The notes: a model not told the origin generated them from the letters alone. A DNA stretch of 64,000 nucleotides from Promethearchaeota archaeon (GCA_019058365.1 JAHPZE010000022.1:1-64000), one strand, 5' to 3'. Numbered from the stretch's first letter, positions 44,407-54,133 are shown. Translations and numbers: made by a program.

Positions 44407-44423
44407 TTCTTTCTTTTTTATTC
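44407..44423 (+). terminator. T-rich 17-bp spacer; probable archaeal oligo(T) terminator of the giant gene
   Basis: TTCTTTCTTTTTTATTC lies directly after the TAA, between convergent genes. Confidence 0.4.
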
Positions 44424-46046
44424 TTATCCATATTTACTTGTGTGAACCGTCCATTTGCCAAACTTTGTTTTTAGCCACTCAATTTCGGATTCACTAATTT
44501 CTGTTCCTTCTATATAAAGGCTTTGTAGAGATTTAAGGTTAATAGTTGTTGGCGGTAAACTTCGTATAGGATTATCACTAATGGAAATTATTTCCAGCTT
44601 ATCTAATTCTCCAATACAAGGAGGTAATTCTGAAATATTATTATTTCGAATTCTTAAATCTTTCAATGTTTTTAGTTTACATATTGATTCAGGCAATCTT
44701 TCTATTTGATTTTCTCCACATTCGAGATTTACTAGTGAAGTCAATTTACCAATAGAAGAAGGAAGTGTTGATATTTTATTACTGTCTACATCAAGCCATG
44801 TAAGAGTTTTAAGATCTCCTATTGATATAGGTATTTCTTCTAGAAGGTTTTTACTTAGAGTGAGAGTTTGTATCGATTTAAGGTTCCCAATAGAATCCGG
44901 AAGTTGCTTTATCTGATTATTATAAAGGTCTGCATATCTGAGAGAATTTAAATTCCCAAAAGATTTTGGAAGAGTCATTAATTTATTATCGCGTAAATCT
45001 AGTCTCTTTAAAGAAAGAAGATTTCCGAATGATTCTGGTAAAGTTTCAAGTTCATTATCAAATAAATTTAAGTTTTCTAATCTTTTCAAATTCCCAAATG
45101 ATTCAGGTAATTTTATTAGTTTATTGTTGCTAAGATTTAACTTTTTTAGAGAAGTCAATTTTCCAAACGATTCAGGAAGCATCCTTAATTGATTCGAAGA
45201 AATTCTTAATTCTTCTAATGATTTAAGATTTCCAAATGATTCAGGTAATTTTTCCAAATTTACAAATATCCTAAGTTTTTTTACAGATTTCAATTCCCCA
45301 ATCCAATCGGGAAGACTTTTCAATTGGTCGCTTGAAATACGTAATATAACTAAGTTTTTCAAGTTTTTTATTATTTCAGGTAATTCTTCTATATAACACC
45401 TTGCAAGATTAAGTTCCTTCACTATTCCTTCTTCCAATAGAAAGCTCTGATCATAGCGAGAGTCTTTCGAATCTAAATAGAATTCTTTTTCTGTTAATCT
45501 TTCTAGTTCCTTTATAGCGTTCTCTTCTTCTACTAATTTGAACAGGCTATATTTTTCTTCTCCTGTTATCAACTTCATATATTTTTCTTGGAGCAAGAAT
45601 TTTTGGACGTTCTTCGTCCCGTTAAAGAATCGAGAAATTATTTCTTCTTTAAATCTTTGTTTTGCTTTTAAATCTCCGACTTCAGTCAGTCTTTTTAATA
45701 AGGGGAATGAAAGGTTGCTGTGAAGGAGTCGGGTATCATAATTATGTTCTGCCCATGCTTGAATATTTGAGCAATGAACCAAGAATCTCACATGAGGTGG
45801 AATATCTATTACTTCCACTTCAAAATTATCCTCATACATATGGTAAGGAGCATTAGCCACTTCATCTACAGACAATTCTGTTAATTCATCAATAGAATCA
45901 ATTTGTTGAAGCTCTTTTAATCTGTCAGCTTGTCTATTTAGTAAAATGATTGAGCAATGTTCGAACAATTCTCCATTTACATAAAGATTTGTCTTCTCAT
46001 CTTCAAGTTTCAAAGTAATAAATTCATTTATTTTATATTCAACCAT
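44424..46046 (-). CDS. Leucine-rich repeat protein with Lokiarchaeia-type N-terminal domain
   Basis: About 13-14 repeats of 23 aa (LxxLxLxxNxLxxLPESFGNLxx). The N-domain Y/FKINEFITLKLE...HCSNIQAWAEHNYDTRLLHSNLSFPLLKRL is one I recognise from expanded Loki LRR families. No signal peptide or TM segment. Confidence 0.93.
   Translation of the reverse strand: MVEYKINEFITLKLEDEKTNLYVNGELFEHCSIILLNRQADRLKELQQIDSIDELTELSVDEVANAPYHMYEDNFEVEVIDIPPHVRFLVHCSNIQAWAEHNYDTRLLHSNLSFPLLKRLTEVGDLKAKQRFKEEIISRFFNGTKNVQKFLLQEKYMKLITGEEKYSLFKLVEEENAIKELERLTEKEFYLDSKDSRYDQSFLLEEGIVKELNLARCYIEELPEIIKNLKNLVILRISSDQLKSLPDWIGELKSVKKLRIFVNLEKLPESFGNLKSLEELRISSNQLRMLPESFGKLTSLKKLNLSNNKLIKLPESFGNLKRLENLNLFDNELETLPESFGNLLSLKRLDLRDNKLMTLPKSFGNLNSLRYADLYNNQIKQLPDSIGNLKSIQTLTLSKNLLEEIPISIGDLKTLTWLDVDSNKISTLPSSIGKLTSLVNLECGENQIERLPESICKLKTLKDLRIRNNNISELPPCIGELDKLEIISISDNPIRSLPPTTINLKSLQSLYIEGTEISESEIEWLKTKFGKWTVHTSKYG
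44490..45422 (-). repeat. 69-bp-period LRR array
   Basis: Recurrent LPES codons (e.g. TGATTCAGGTAATTTT on the + strand near 45099 and 45237). Confidence 0.85.
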
Positions 46047-46574
46047 CTGAATAAAACATATTTTCTTTTTATTTCAAGTTAAATAGTTTATTTTTAAATA
46101 TGAAGGGAAAATGTGAGTTATTTAATAGAATAAAAGAAAGCAAAAATATTTAAATTTTAAGAGATAGTTTAATTTCTGACTTTAAAAGTTATCATCACAT
46201 ACCTTTCTTTTTGAATCTGGGTTAATATTTTCATAGTATAGATTGTAACCCTCTTGATTCTTGAAATAAGGCATAAGAGCTAGGAACTTATAAAATTCTA
46301 TATTTTTTGTAATAAAAGATTCCAAAAATACTTTTCTAAATTAAAAAATCTGTAGTTATATTAATTATAGGTATAAAATTTTACACTTTTAACAATGACA
46401 AAAGCAGAAATTATTGAACTTTTTTCATTTTAATTTATTTTAATGAAAAAGAGATTGACTATTTTGTAAAAAGATTTAATATATATATTGAAATTAATAA
46501 AAAGTTTCACAAAATCTATAGTTAAAACAAAAGATCCCTTGCAATTCACTTTTGAAAGTAATTAAAAAAAAATA

Positions 46575-48032
46575 TTATAAATCTTTAGTTACTCGCTTTT
46601 TATCATACATTTCAAGTAGAGCTGGCATGAAAATTCTACTTAACTTTTTATAAACTTTTAAATTTTCTTTCTGTGGAACCTTAGTATCAAAAAATCTAAC
46701 CATATTTTCAATAGCTTTTTCAAAATTAGAAAATCTTTTGCATCCATAAAATCCTAAGATTGCTGCTCCTAAAGCGGCTCCATCTTTTTCTTCTGGAATT
46801 AAAATTGTTTTATTTGTAATATCAGCAAAAATTTGAGCCCAAAAAGAACTGTTCATCCCGCCTCCATCAACTCTAATTTCACCTAATTTATAGCGAGCCA
46901 TTCCTTCTAAGATATTTATGTACATTTGAGCACTTAAAGCAGCACATTCCATTATTGCTCGAATCATATGACCTCGAGTATGATTCCAACTTAATCCATG
47001 AATTGTTCCTTTTCTAAACATCTGTAATGGAAGAAATAGAACTCCTTCACTCCCGGGTGTAATAAGTTGCGCTTCAGTAGTTAGAACTTCATAAACGTTA
47101 AGATTTTTTTCTTCACACTCTTTAATTTGCATTTGTGAAAAATTATCTTTAAACCATTTCAAAACACTACCTGTTCCTGGTACCGCACCCTCAATCATCC
47201 ATTTTCCTTTAATAACATGCGGTAGCGAAAAAATAGGAAAATCTCCAGCTGGGGGGATTGGCTCGTCTACAATATAATCAACAAAGGTACCTGTACCTGT
47301 TGTTATTTTTGCCTGTCCCTTTTTTATCACACCTAAACCTAAAGCAGCACACTGTTGATCCGCTCCGCCTTGAACAACTGGAATATTTTTTTTTAGTCCT
47401 AATGCTTCTGCCGCATCGGAAGTTAATTCACCAATAATATCACCTGGAGTATGTATTTCCGGCCAAAGATTCAATGGTATCTCTGCTTGTCTAGACAACT
47501 CTTCATCCCAATTTAGGGTTTTCATATTAAGTATTCCCCAAATTCCGTTTGTAGGATCTGTGACATGTCGATTGCATAATTTAAAATTTATATAAGAATC
47601 TGGTGTGATAATTTTATATGCTTTATTAAACAGTTCTGGTTTATTATTTTTAAGCCATAACAATTTAGCGATTAATCTCCTTAATCCACCTTCTTCTAAC
47701 ATTGCCCGACCACTACTAAGTTCTCTTTCATCTAACCAAGTTAACGCGGGGTGTAGAATATTACCATTTTGATCAATAATTGTTGTAGTAGATCGGAAGA
47801 ATGAACTTGATATTCCAATTATATTATCAGGATTAATACGTTTTATAGCATTATTACATGTATTTTTAATTGCATTCCACCACATAATAGGATCATGTTC
47901 TGAGATACCTGCTGGTTGTTTAACAAGAGGATACTCTTCATAGGCTTTAGCAATTTCTTTACCGTTTATGTCAAAAAATATTGTTCTTGCCCCTGTAGTT
48001 CCAACATCAAATACACACATCAAATCGCTCAT
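46575..48032 (-). CDS. FGGY-family carbohydrate kinase (xylulokinase/glycerol kinase-like; substrate unknown)
   Basis: DVGTTGAR phosphate-1 motif, GGADQQCAALG, TGTG, DGGG..S..WAQIFAD, ALGAAILG. Confidence 0.9.
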   Translation of the reverse strand: MSDLMCVFDVGTTGARTIFFDINGKEIAKAYEEYPLVKQPAGISEHDPIMWWNAIKNTCNNAIKRINPDNIIGISSSFFRSTTTIIDQNGNILHPALTWLDERELSSGRAMLEEGGLRRLIAKLLWLKNNKPELFNKAYKIITPDSYINFKLCNRHVTDPTNGIWGILNMKTLNWDEELSRQAEIPLNLWPEIHTPGDIIGELTSDAAEALGLKKNIPVVQGGADQQCAALGLGVIKKGQAKITTGTGTFVDYIVDEPIPPAGDFPIFSLPHVIKGKWMIEGAVPGTGSVLKWFKDNFSQMQIKECEEKNLNVYEVLTTEAQLITPGSEGVLFLPLQMFRKGTIHGLSWNHTRGHMIRAIMECAALSAQMYINILEGMARYKLGEIRVDGGGMNSSFWAQIFADITNKTILIPEEKDGAALGAAILGFYGCKRFSNFEKAIENMVRFFDTKVPQKENLKVYKKLSRIFMPALLEMYDKKRVTKDL

Positions 48033-48084
48033 ATAATCACATCTCTTTTTCTCATTTAATTAAATTTAAAATTTAAAAATTTAT

Positions 48085-49359
48085 TTAGATTACTTTTATT
48101 ATTAATTCAGATATATCTAGTATTTTATATTTTTCTTTTTCAGTTTCTTCAATTCCATATGCTAATCCTAGTTCACAAAGAGGACAAGCAGAAATGAAGA
48201 TCTTTACTCCTGTTTCCTTTAATTCACTAATTCTATTCCGGGCTTCCCTAACTGCTAAATCTTTATCTGCCCAGTGAGCGGTACCACTCCAACCGCAACA
48301 ATGTACATATTCTTTGTTATAAATTGGTTCAATCACTTCTAAATCTGGAATCTTGTTAAGAATTTCTCGAATAGATTCAATATCATTTAGATTTCTTGCA
48401 ATTAAACAAGGATCATGAACTGTAATTTTTTTATAATCTTTAGGAATGTTATTTGTAAGATGCAATTTTCCATCATTTATTAATTTCTTAAAATATTGAG
48501 TAGTATGTAGGATTTTTCTTTCAAGCTTGATTCCCGCCTTTTCATACCTATTAGTTAGAGTTAAAACACAACCAGGACAGTCTGATATAACGATGTTAGC
48601 ACCAGTTGATTCAATAAGTACTTTATTTTTCTCAGCAAATTCTTTAGCTGTTTTCAAATCCCTTATATTAAATGCTGGACCTCCACAGCATACTTTTTTA
48701 TCAAGATTGGTTGAAAATTTGATACCCGCTTTTTTTAAAATTTGAATATTCGCTTTTATTACTTCAGGAAATTTCATTGATTCGCATCCTATATAGTAGA
48801 AAACTTCATCATTGCCATCAGTTTCTATATTTTCTATTCCTTTTTCTTTATAAGTTTCATATATATTGTATTCTTCTATAGTATTAGTCTTGTTCAACTT
48901 ATCAATCTGCTGTTTACAGTAATCTGGCATCATTCCTTTATCATTTAAATCATCTCTGACAGTTTCTAAAAGTGATACGACAGAAAATTCAAAAGGGCAC
49001 CAAACCTTACAGTTTTCCTCATTTGTGCATTTGTACATCAAATCGATAAAAGCCTTATTTTCTTTTTTCATTGGATCTATCTTACCTGTTGTTAAATAAT
49101 ATCCAATTCTAGCTTTATAAGCAGGACTCATTGTTTCGGTTAGTGATGCTTGTAGAGTTCCACAATCAAACCTACACATATTTGGACAAAGCATGCATTT
49201 AATTAAATTCTCTACATCAGCTTTATATTCTCCTTCTGGAAAAAAATTAGCCTTTTTTTGCCTAAAGTTTTTCATTATCAATGATCTTGTTACTCTATCA
49301 GCGTTTTGAATAAGCGGTAAAATCCAACTGTACTTGTTTAATGTTTCTTCGACACCCAT
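48085..49359 (-). CDS. Fe-S oxidoreductase, GlpC/GlcF/HdrD-like, with ferredoxin-type Cys motifs and two CCG domains
   Basis: CMLCPNMCRFDC, CTNEENCKVWCP, YYIGC, CCGG, DCPGC, HDPC, CCGW, ACPLC. Confidence 0.9.
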   Translation of the reverse strand: MGVEETLNKYSWILPLIQNADRVTRSLIMKNFRQKKANFFPEGEYKADVENLIKCMLCPNMCRFDCGTLQASLTETMSPAYKARIGYYLTTGKIDPMKKENKAFIDLMYKCTNEENCKVWCPFEFSVVSLLETVRDDLNDKGMMPDYCKQQIDKLNKTNTIEEYNIYETYKEKGIENIETDGNDEVFYYIGCESMKFPEVIKANIQILKKAGIKFSTNLDKKVCCGGPAFNIRDLKTAKEFAEKNKVLIESTGANIVISDCPGCVLTLTNRYEKAGIKLERKILHTTQYFKKLINDGKLHLTNNIPKDYKKITVHDPCLIARNLNDIESIREILNKIPDLEVIEPIYNKEYVHCCGWSGTAHWADKDLAVREARNRISELKETGVKIFISACPLCELGLAYGIEETEKEKYKILDISELIIKVI

Positions 49360-50838
49360 TTATTTTTCACCTCCTTTCCAGATATCTACATAAACTTTCC
49401 CAGGATTAAGAATATCATTTGGATCAAGCAATTTTTTGATTCTTCTTAATGTATTCATAGATCTGCCCAATTCAGTTTCCATCCAATGAGCTCTATTAAT
49501 TCCTATTCCATGATGATGAGCAATTGAGCCATTAGCATCTATTACTGCCTTAATTATTGTATCCCAACATTTTTGGTAATATTCCAAATCTGTTTGTCCT
49601 TTTCCGGGGGCTCCACCAAAAGTGAAATAAATTCCTACACCATTTGGATAAAAATGTGAGACATGAGCAGTAATCATTATAACACCCTGCAATTTCTTCA
49701 TTGATTCCAAAACAGAATAATAAACTCTTGATGCATCTTCCCATAGAGATGCAACTTCAATAGTATCAAATACTATTTTGTACGGAGGCATTGCTGAAGT
49801 TTCTGTTACTCTAAATCTAGTCTCAAACCAATGTTCTACTGGATGCACTCCACAGTCTACGCCTGAATTTTTCTCAGATTTTTCTTTAGTGATCAATTCT
49901 TCTAATTCAACTAGCTTTGAATTACCTTCGCAGACAAAAACAACCATTACTTTATCTTTCGCTTTCTCAATATCTGGAAAATGCCTTGAAGTCTCAAAAG
50001 AGTCATATATTCTAATCACTGCTGGATAAATCTGCTCTCTTAAGATTTGTCTAACTGCCTTAAATGAGTCTTCGATTGAAGGAAATGCATATGATATTAA
50101 AGTTCTTTTAGCGGGATAAGGCCAAATTTTTAGTGTTGCTTTAGTGACAATTCCGAGAGTACCCCCTCCTCCTATAAATAATTTATCAAGTTGAGGCCCT
50201 GTTGAAGCTCTTGGAATGGTTTTAAAATTAATAATTTCACCTTGAGGTAATACCGCTTCCATCCCTAATAAAATATCCTCAATTTTCCCATATTTAGTGC
50301 TAAATTGTCCTGCGGCTCTGTGGGCAATCCATCCACCTAAAGAAGATATGTAAAGGGATTGTGGTATATGTCCAGTAGTATATCCTTTAGAGTTTAAATG
50401 ACGTTCTAAATTCATTCCATTTATACCAGTCTGAGCTGTAACTGTTAAATTTTTGTCATTAATTTCAAGAACTTTATTAAATTTTTTCATATCAATAATA
50501 ATTCCCCCCTGAACGGGTATTGCTCCACCAACAACTCCAGATCCTTCACCATAAGGTATAACTGGAACTTTCTCTTGATTTGCAAACTTTAAAATGTTGG
50601 AAATTTGTTCTACATTTTCCGGCCATGTAACAAAATCTGGTAATCCAGCTATTTGACCCTGAAGTGTCCAATTGAACCCTATAAGCGATGTGTCCTTTGT
50701 ATACGCTAAAATATCAATGTCTTTTGTTGAAACATTATTATCGCCTACAATTTCTTTTAATTTCGATTCTATCTTCTGTTTATCTTTAATTTCACAGCGA
50801 TTTTCTTTATAAATTAATTCAAAGTCTTTAAAGTCCAT
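49360..50838 (-). CDS. FAD-linked oxidase (VAO/PCMH family), alkyl-dihydroxyacetone-phosphate synthase-like
   Basis: PYGEGSGVVGG, GHIPQS...SSLGGWIAHRAAGQFSTKYGKIED, GTLGIVT, HVSHFY, HHHGIG, DPNDILNPGK. Abuts the next gene with a 0-bp gap. Confidence 0.88.
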   Translation of the reverse strand: MDFKDFELIYKENRCEIKDKQKIESKLKEIVGDNNVSTKDIDILAYTKDTSLIGFNWTLQGQIAGLPDFVTWPENVEQISNILKFANQEKVPVIPYGEGSGVVGGAIPVQGGIIIDMKKFNKVLEINDKNLTVTAQTGINGMNLERHLNSKGYTTGHIPQSLYISSLGGWIAHRAAGQFSTKYGKIEDILLGMEAVLPQGEIINFKTIPRASTGPQLDKLFIGGGGTLGIVTKATLKIWPYPAKRTLISYAFPSIEDSFKAVRQILREQIYPAVIRIYDSFETSRHFPDIEKAKDKVMVVFVCEGNSKLVELEELITKEKSEKNSGVDCGVHPVEHWFETRFRVTETSAMPPYKIVFDTIEVASLWEDASRVYYSVLESMKKLQGVIMITAHVSHFYPNGVGIYFTFGGAPGKGQTDLEYYQKCWDTIIKAVIDANGSIAHHHGIGINRAHWMETELGRSMNTLRRIKKLLDPNDILNPGKVYVDIWKGGEK

Positions 50839-51461
50839 AAGTACCAGTAGGTTTTTTTATTAACTTATTAAAATGATTACGATTAATTTATAATTTTAGT
50901 CAATATATTGATAAATAATAAATTCCTTAAAAGAGAGACGGAATAAGATAATCTGATTTAATAAATTGTTTCTCCTGTAATCTTATTCACTTTTAAATGC
51001 CTAAATTTTGCTTTTTTTCTAATAGGCTCTCTGCTAGCTGAAATTATTTAATAAATTTTCTGTGGTAAAAGATACTTTGCTGATTATTTTATCATTTCCT
51101 TCGTTTCTATAGAATTAAATAGTTTTAAGTTTTCAATTGAATAAAATAATTAGCTCATTAAATCATATTTGTATCAACAGAAAAATCAAGAAATTCTAAC
51201 TTTCTATAAATTCGAGATATTGTATTTTTTTAAAAAATCAAAATCCTTTAGGTTATCAACGGAATTATTTCTCTTAAAACAAGTAAAACAAATATATATA
51301 CAACTAAATTTAATTTGTTCATAGACTTTCCTTAAATTTTATTATATCTAATTGTCGCGAATTCCATAAATTAAATATAAAAAGTAAAAAACCTTCTAAA
51401 TCTCATAACTAGATTCTGTTGCATTCATTAAAAAACAAAAATTATACATAAAAAAGAAATA

Positions 51462-52880
51462 ATGCCAAATTCAATCTTTGGAACATCGGGTATTAGGAGG
51501 GTATTTAAAAACTATTCTGAATCAGATCTTATGTTCACTCCTGTCATGAGTCTTGAAGTTGGTTTAGCATTGGGCACTTATTTAAAAGGTGGTATTGTAG
51601 TTATTGGAAAAGATATTCGTATTTCCGCTCTACCAATAGAATATGCCTTAATTTCTGGACTTGTTAGTTGTGGATGCAATGTTAAAACATTAGGAATCGT
51701 TACTACACCTACTCTTGCAGCATCATTGCACTCTTTAGATGCAGATGCTGGTGTTGCTATTACCGCTTCGCATAATACTCCAGAATATATTGGATTGAAA
51801 TTATGGAATCAGTCGGGTGTAGGATTTTCACCAGAACAAGAAGAAGAGATATCACGTATTTATGATGAAAAGGATTTTATTAAAATTGAATATGACCAAA
51901 TAGGGAAAGTAACAGAAATTAATGATATAAATGATATTCATATTTCAAATGTAACAGATCGAATTAAATTTGATGGACGTGAATTAAATGTCATTGTTGA
52001 TCCAGGTAATGGTTCTGCCTGTGATATTGTACCCAAGCTTCTCTCAACTTATAATGTTAATATTATGACTATAAATAGTCAAATGGATGGAAAATTCCCA
52101 GGACGTCATTCAGAACCAAGTAAAGAAAACTTAATTCAAATTTCTAAGTTTTTAAAAATCTCCCAGCAAAAAGATATTGGTATTGCTCTTGATGGAGATG
52201 CTGATAGAGTTATTTTTTTAGACGAAATTGGTGAGATTATTGATCCAATTCGATTATTGGCCTTGATGGCAAAAAATTGTATTAAAGAGAATACATTATC
52301 TAAAAATGAAATGAAAGTTGTTACTCCAATTAATTCATCAAGCTTAATAGAAGATGTTTTACATCCTCTTGGTTGTGAAGTTATAAGAACTGAAGTTGGA
52401 GATATTAAGGTAGCACTTGCTTTACAAAAATATGGAGGTTTCTTAGGAGGTGAGACCTCAGGTACATATATTTGGCCCAAATTTCATTATGGTCCAGATT
52501 CAATTGTAACAATTGCCACCATTCTCCAAATGATAACAAAATCTAAGAAAAGCTTGATAGAATTATTAAAAAATATTCCAAAATACCCATACTATGCAGA
52601 GAGATTTAAATTATTAGAAGATATTCCATTTACCGAAGAAATTCATCAAAATATTATAAATATAATGAAAGTTTGTTTTGACAATTTAGGAAAAGAAAAG
52701 GTGAGTATCAATAGAATGGATGGATGTAGATTCGATTTTGAAGATGGGTGGCTTTTGATTAGACGATCTGGAACAAGTCCGTTTCTAAGGATATCAGGTG
52801 AATCTACAATAGATATAAATCATTCAATAGAATTAAATAATATTGCAATGAAAAAAATGCAAGAATTGAATTTAATTTGA
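51462..52880 (+). CDS. glmM: Phosphoglucosamine mutase / alpha-D-phosphohexomutase
   Basis: FGTSGIR, catalytic ITASHN, metal loop DGDADR, GGETSG, IRRSGT. Neighbours glmS and glmU. Confidence 0.85.
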   Translation: MPNSIFGTSGIRRVFKNYSESDLMFTPVMSLEVGLALGTYLKGGIVVIGKDIRISALPIEYALISGLVSCGCNVKTLGIVTTPTLAASLHSLDADAGVAITASHNTPEYIGLKLWNQSGVGFSPEQEEEISRIYDEKDFIKIEYDQIGKVTEINDINDIHISNVTDRIKFDGRELNVIVDPGNGSACDIVPKLLSTYNVNIMTINSQMDGKFPGRHSEPSKENLIQISKFLKISQQKDIGIALDGDADRVIFLDEIGEIIDPIRLLALMAKNCIKENTLSKNEMKVVTPINSSSLIEDVLHPLGCEVIRTEVGDIKVALALQKYGGFLGGETSGTYIWPKFHYGPDSIVTIATILQMITKSKKSLIELLKNIPKYPYYAERFKLLEDIPFTEEIHQNIINIMKVCFDNLGKEKVSINRMDGCRFDFEDGWLLIRRSGTSPFLRISGESTIDINHSIELNNIAMKKMQELNLI

Positions 52881-52906
52881 ATTTTTTTTTAATATTAATC
52901 TTCTTG

Positions 52907-54019
52907 TTAAATTCCCATTACTTTTGATAAAAATTTTGGTGTATCGCAATTTATACCATATACTCGAGATATTTCTAAAGTTAATAATTGGATTGCTAAA
53001 ATCATTAAGATAGGTTGTAAATCTGAAACTGTGTTTGGAACTTCAATTCCATAAGATATTGGCTCTGGAGTATTTTCATTATCAATAAATTCATATATTC
53101 CTAAGATAAAAGCTTGTCTTTCTTTTAAACGTTTTAGGAGGTTGAGCAAATTTTGTTTTCTTTGATCATTTTCATACGGTATTATAGCTAAAATGCCAGT
53201 ATTTGAATCCGCGAGAGTTATGGGACCATGGGGAAACTCTGCGGTAGAATACGCTTGTCCGAATATTCTAGCTCCTTCTTTTAATTTTAACGCAGCTTCC
53301 ATTGCTGTAGCATATTCGGGACCACTACCAAGAATAAAGCAATAATTAATTTTTTTGAAATATATAGAATAACTCTTTATTTTATCATGGAGTAAGGGTA
53401 GTATTGAATAAATTCTATCCGGAATTCTTACTAGCTCAACCCAAATTTCATTATATTCTTCATTTATAATCGTCTTGTTCTCTATCGCGATCTCAAGCGA
53501 AAGCATAGCTAATATAGCTAAACTTGCTACGTATGTTTTAGTAGCTAATACAGATTGTTCTTCTTTACACTTTAACCCAAGATTGAAATCACATAATTTT
53601 GCCAGATCCGAATGTAAATTATTAGTTATACCAATTGTTAAGCAACCATTTTTTTTTGAGATCTGTATTGAATTAATAGTATCCTTTGTTGCTCCACTTT
53701 GAGAAATAGCTATAACACAATCTTCTCTTTTTAGTATTGGTTTAATCAAATACAAGAATTCCATTGAAAATTCTGTAAAAGTAGGAATTTTAGTTAGTCT
53801 ATTAAACATATACGACATTGCATATCCAGCATGATAAGAACTACCCGCTCCAATAAGATAAATATGATGTGTTTTTCTTTTAATAATTTCTATAGCTACT
53901 TTAGAAATTAAATCCTTCTGTTGGAGAACTCTCTTTAGGCACTGAGGGATTTCAAATATTTCACTTTGAGTATATTTTCCTAAATTTTCATTATTTATTT
54001 TAGATTTCTCTTGGTTCAT
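52907..54019 (-). CDS. Double-SIS-domain sugar-phosphate isomerase/deaminase (GlmS isomerase half only; GlmD-like)
   Basis: GAGSSYHA, AISQSGAT, ATKTY, EAALKLKE, EFPHGP, LSKV. No glutaminase domain. Confidence 0.85.
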   Translation of the reverse strand: MNQEKSKINNENLGKYTQSEIFEIPQCLKRVLQQKDLISKVAIEIIKRKTHHIYLIGAGSSYHAGYAMSYMFNRLTKIPTFTEFSMEFLYLIKPILKREDCVIAISQSGATKDTINSIQISKKNGCLTIGITNNLHSDLAKLCDFNLGLKCKEEQSVLATKTYVASLAILAMLSLEIAIENKTIINEEYNEIWVELVRIPDRIYSILPLLHDKIKSYSIYFKKINYCFILGSGPEYATAMEAALKLKEGARIFGQAYSTAEFPHGPITLADSNTGILAIIPYENDQRKQNLLNLLKRLKERQAFILGIYEFIDNENTPEPISYGIEVPNTVSDLQPILMILAIQLLTLEISRVYGINCDTPKFLSKVMGI

Positions 54020-54133
54020 TTAAAATTAACACCTTATATTATATTATATTAACAATATTATCCTAAATTCAATAATCTTAAAATACTTTTTAAAATATCT
54101 TTATCATGATAACACAGAATTTAAAACGGTAAA

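Noticed and set aside
3248-43300. Dozens of 60-87-aa alternative-frame and antisense ORFs inside the giant gene
   Set aside because: Expected shadow ORFs of a long coding frame, with no motifs.
760-44406. Inteins/Hint domains, RHS/YD repeats, RTX nonapeptides or NRPS/PKS modules as an explanation for the gene's size
   Set aside because: I found no Hint block motifs, YD-repeat periodicity or PxxxxDPxG core end, GGxGxD arrays, or A/C/KS domain motifs by eye.
44490-45422. Periodic DNA repeats that might suggest a CRISPR array
   Set aside because: The 69-bp period is in frame and degenerate at synonymous sites, so it is the LRR coding repeat. No cas genes are present.
46047-46574. Long AT-rich intergenic regions (also 50839-51461) as possible RNA genes or island boundaries
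   Set aside because: No tRNA/rRNA-like GC-rich stems, direct repeats, att-like sites or transposase remnants were visible.
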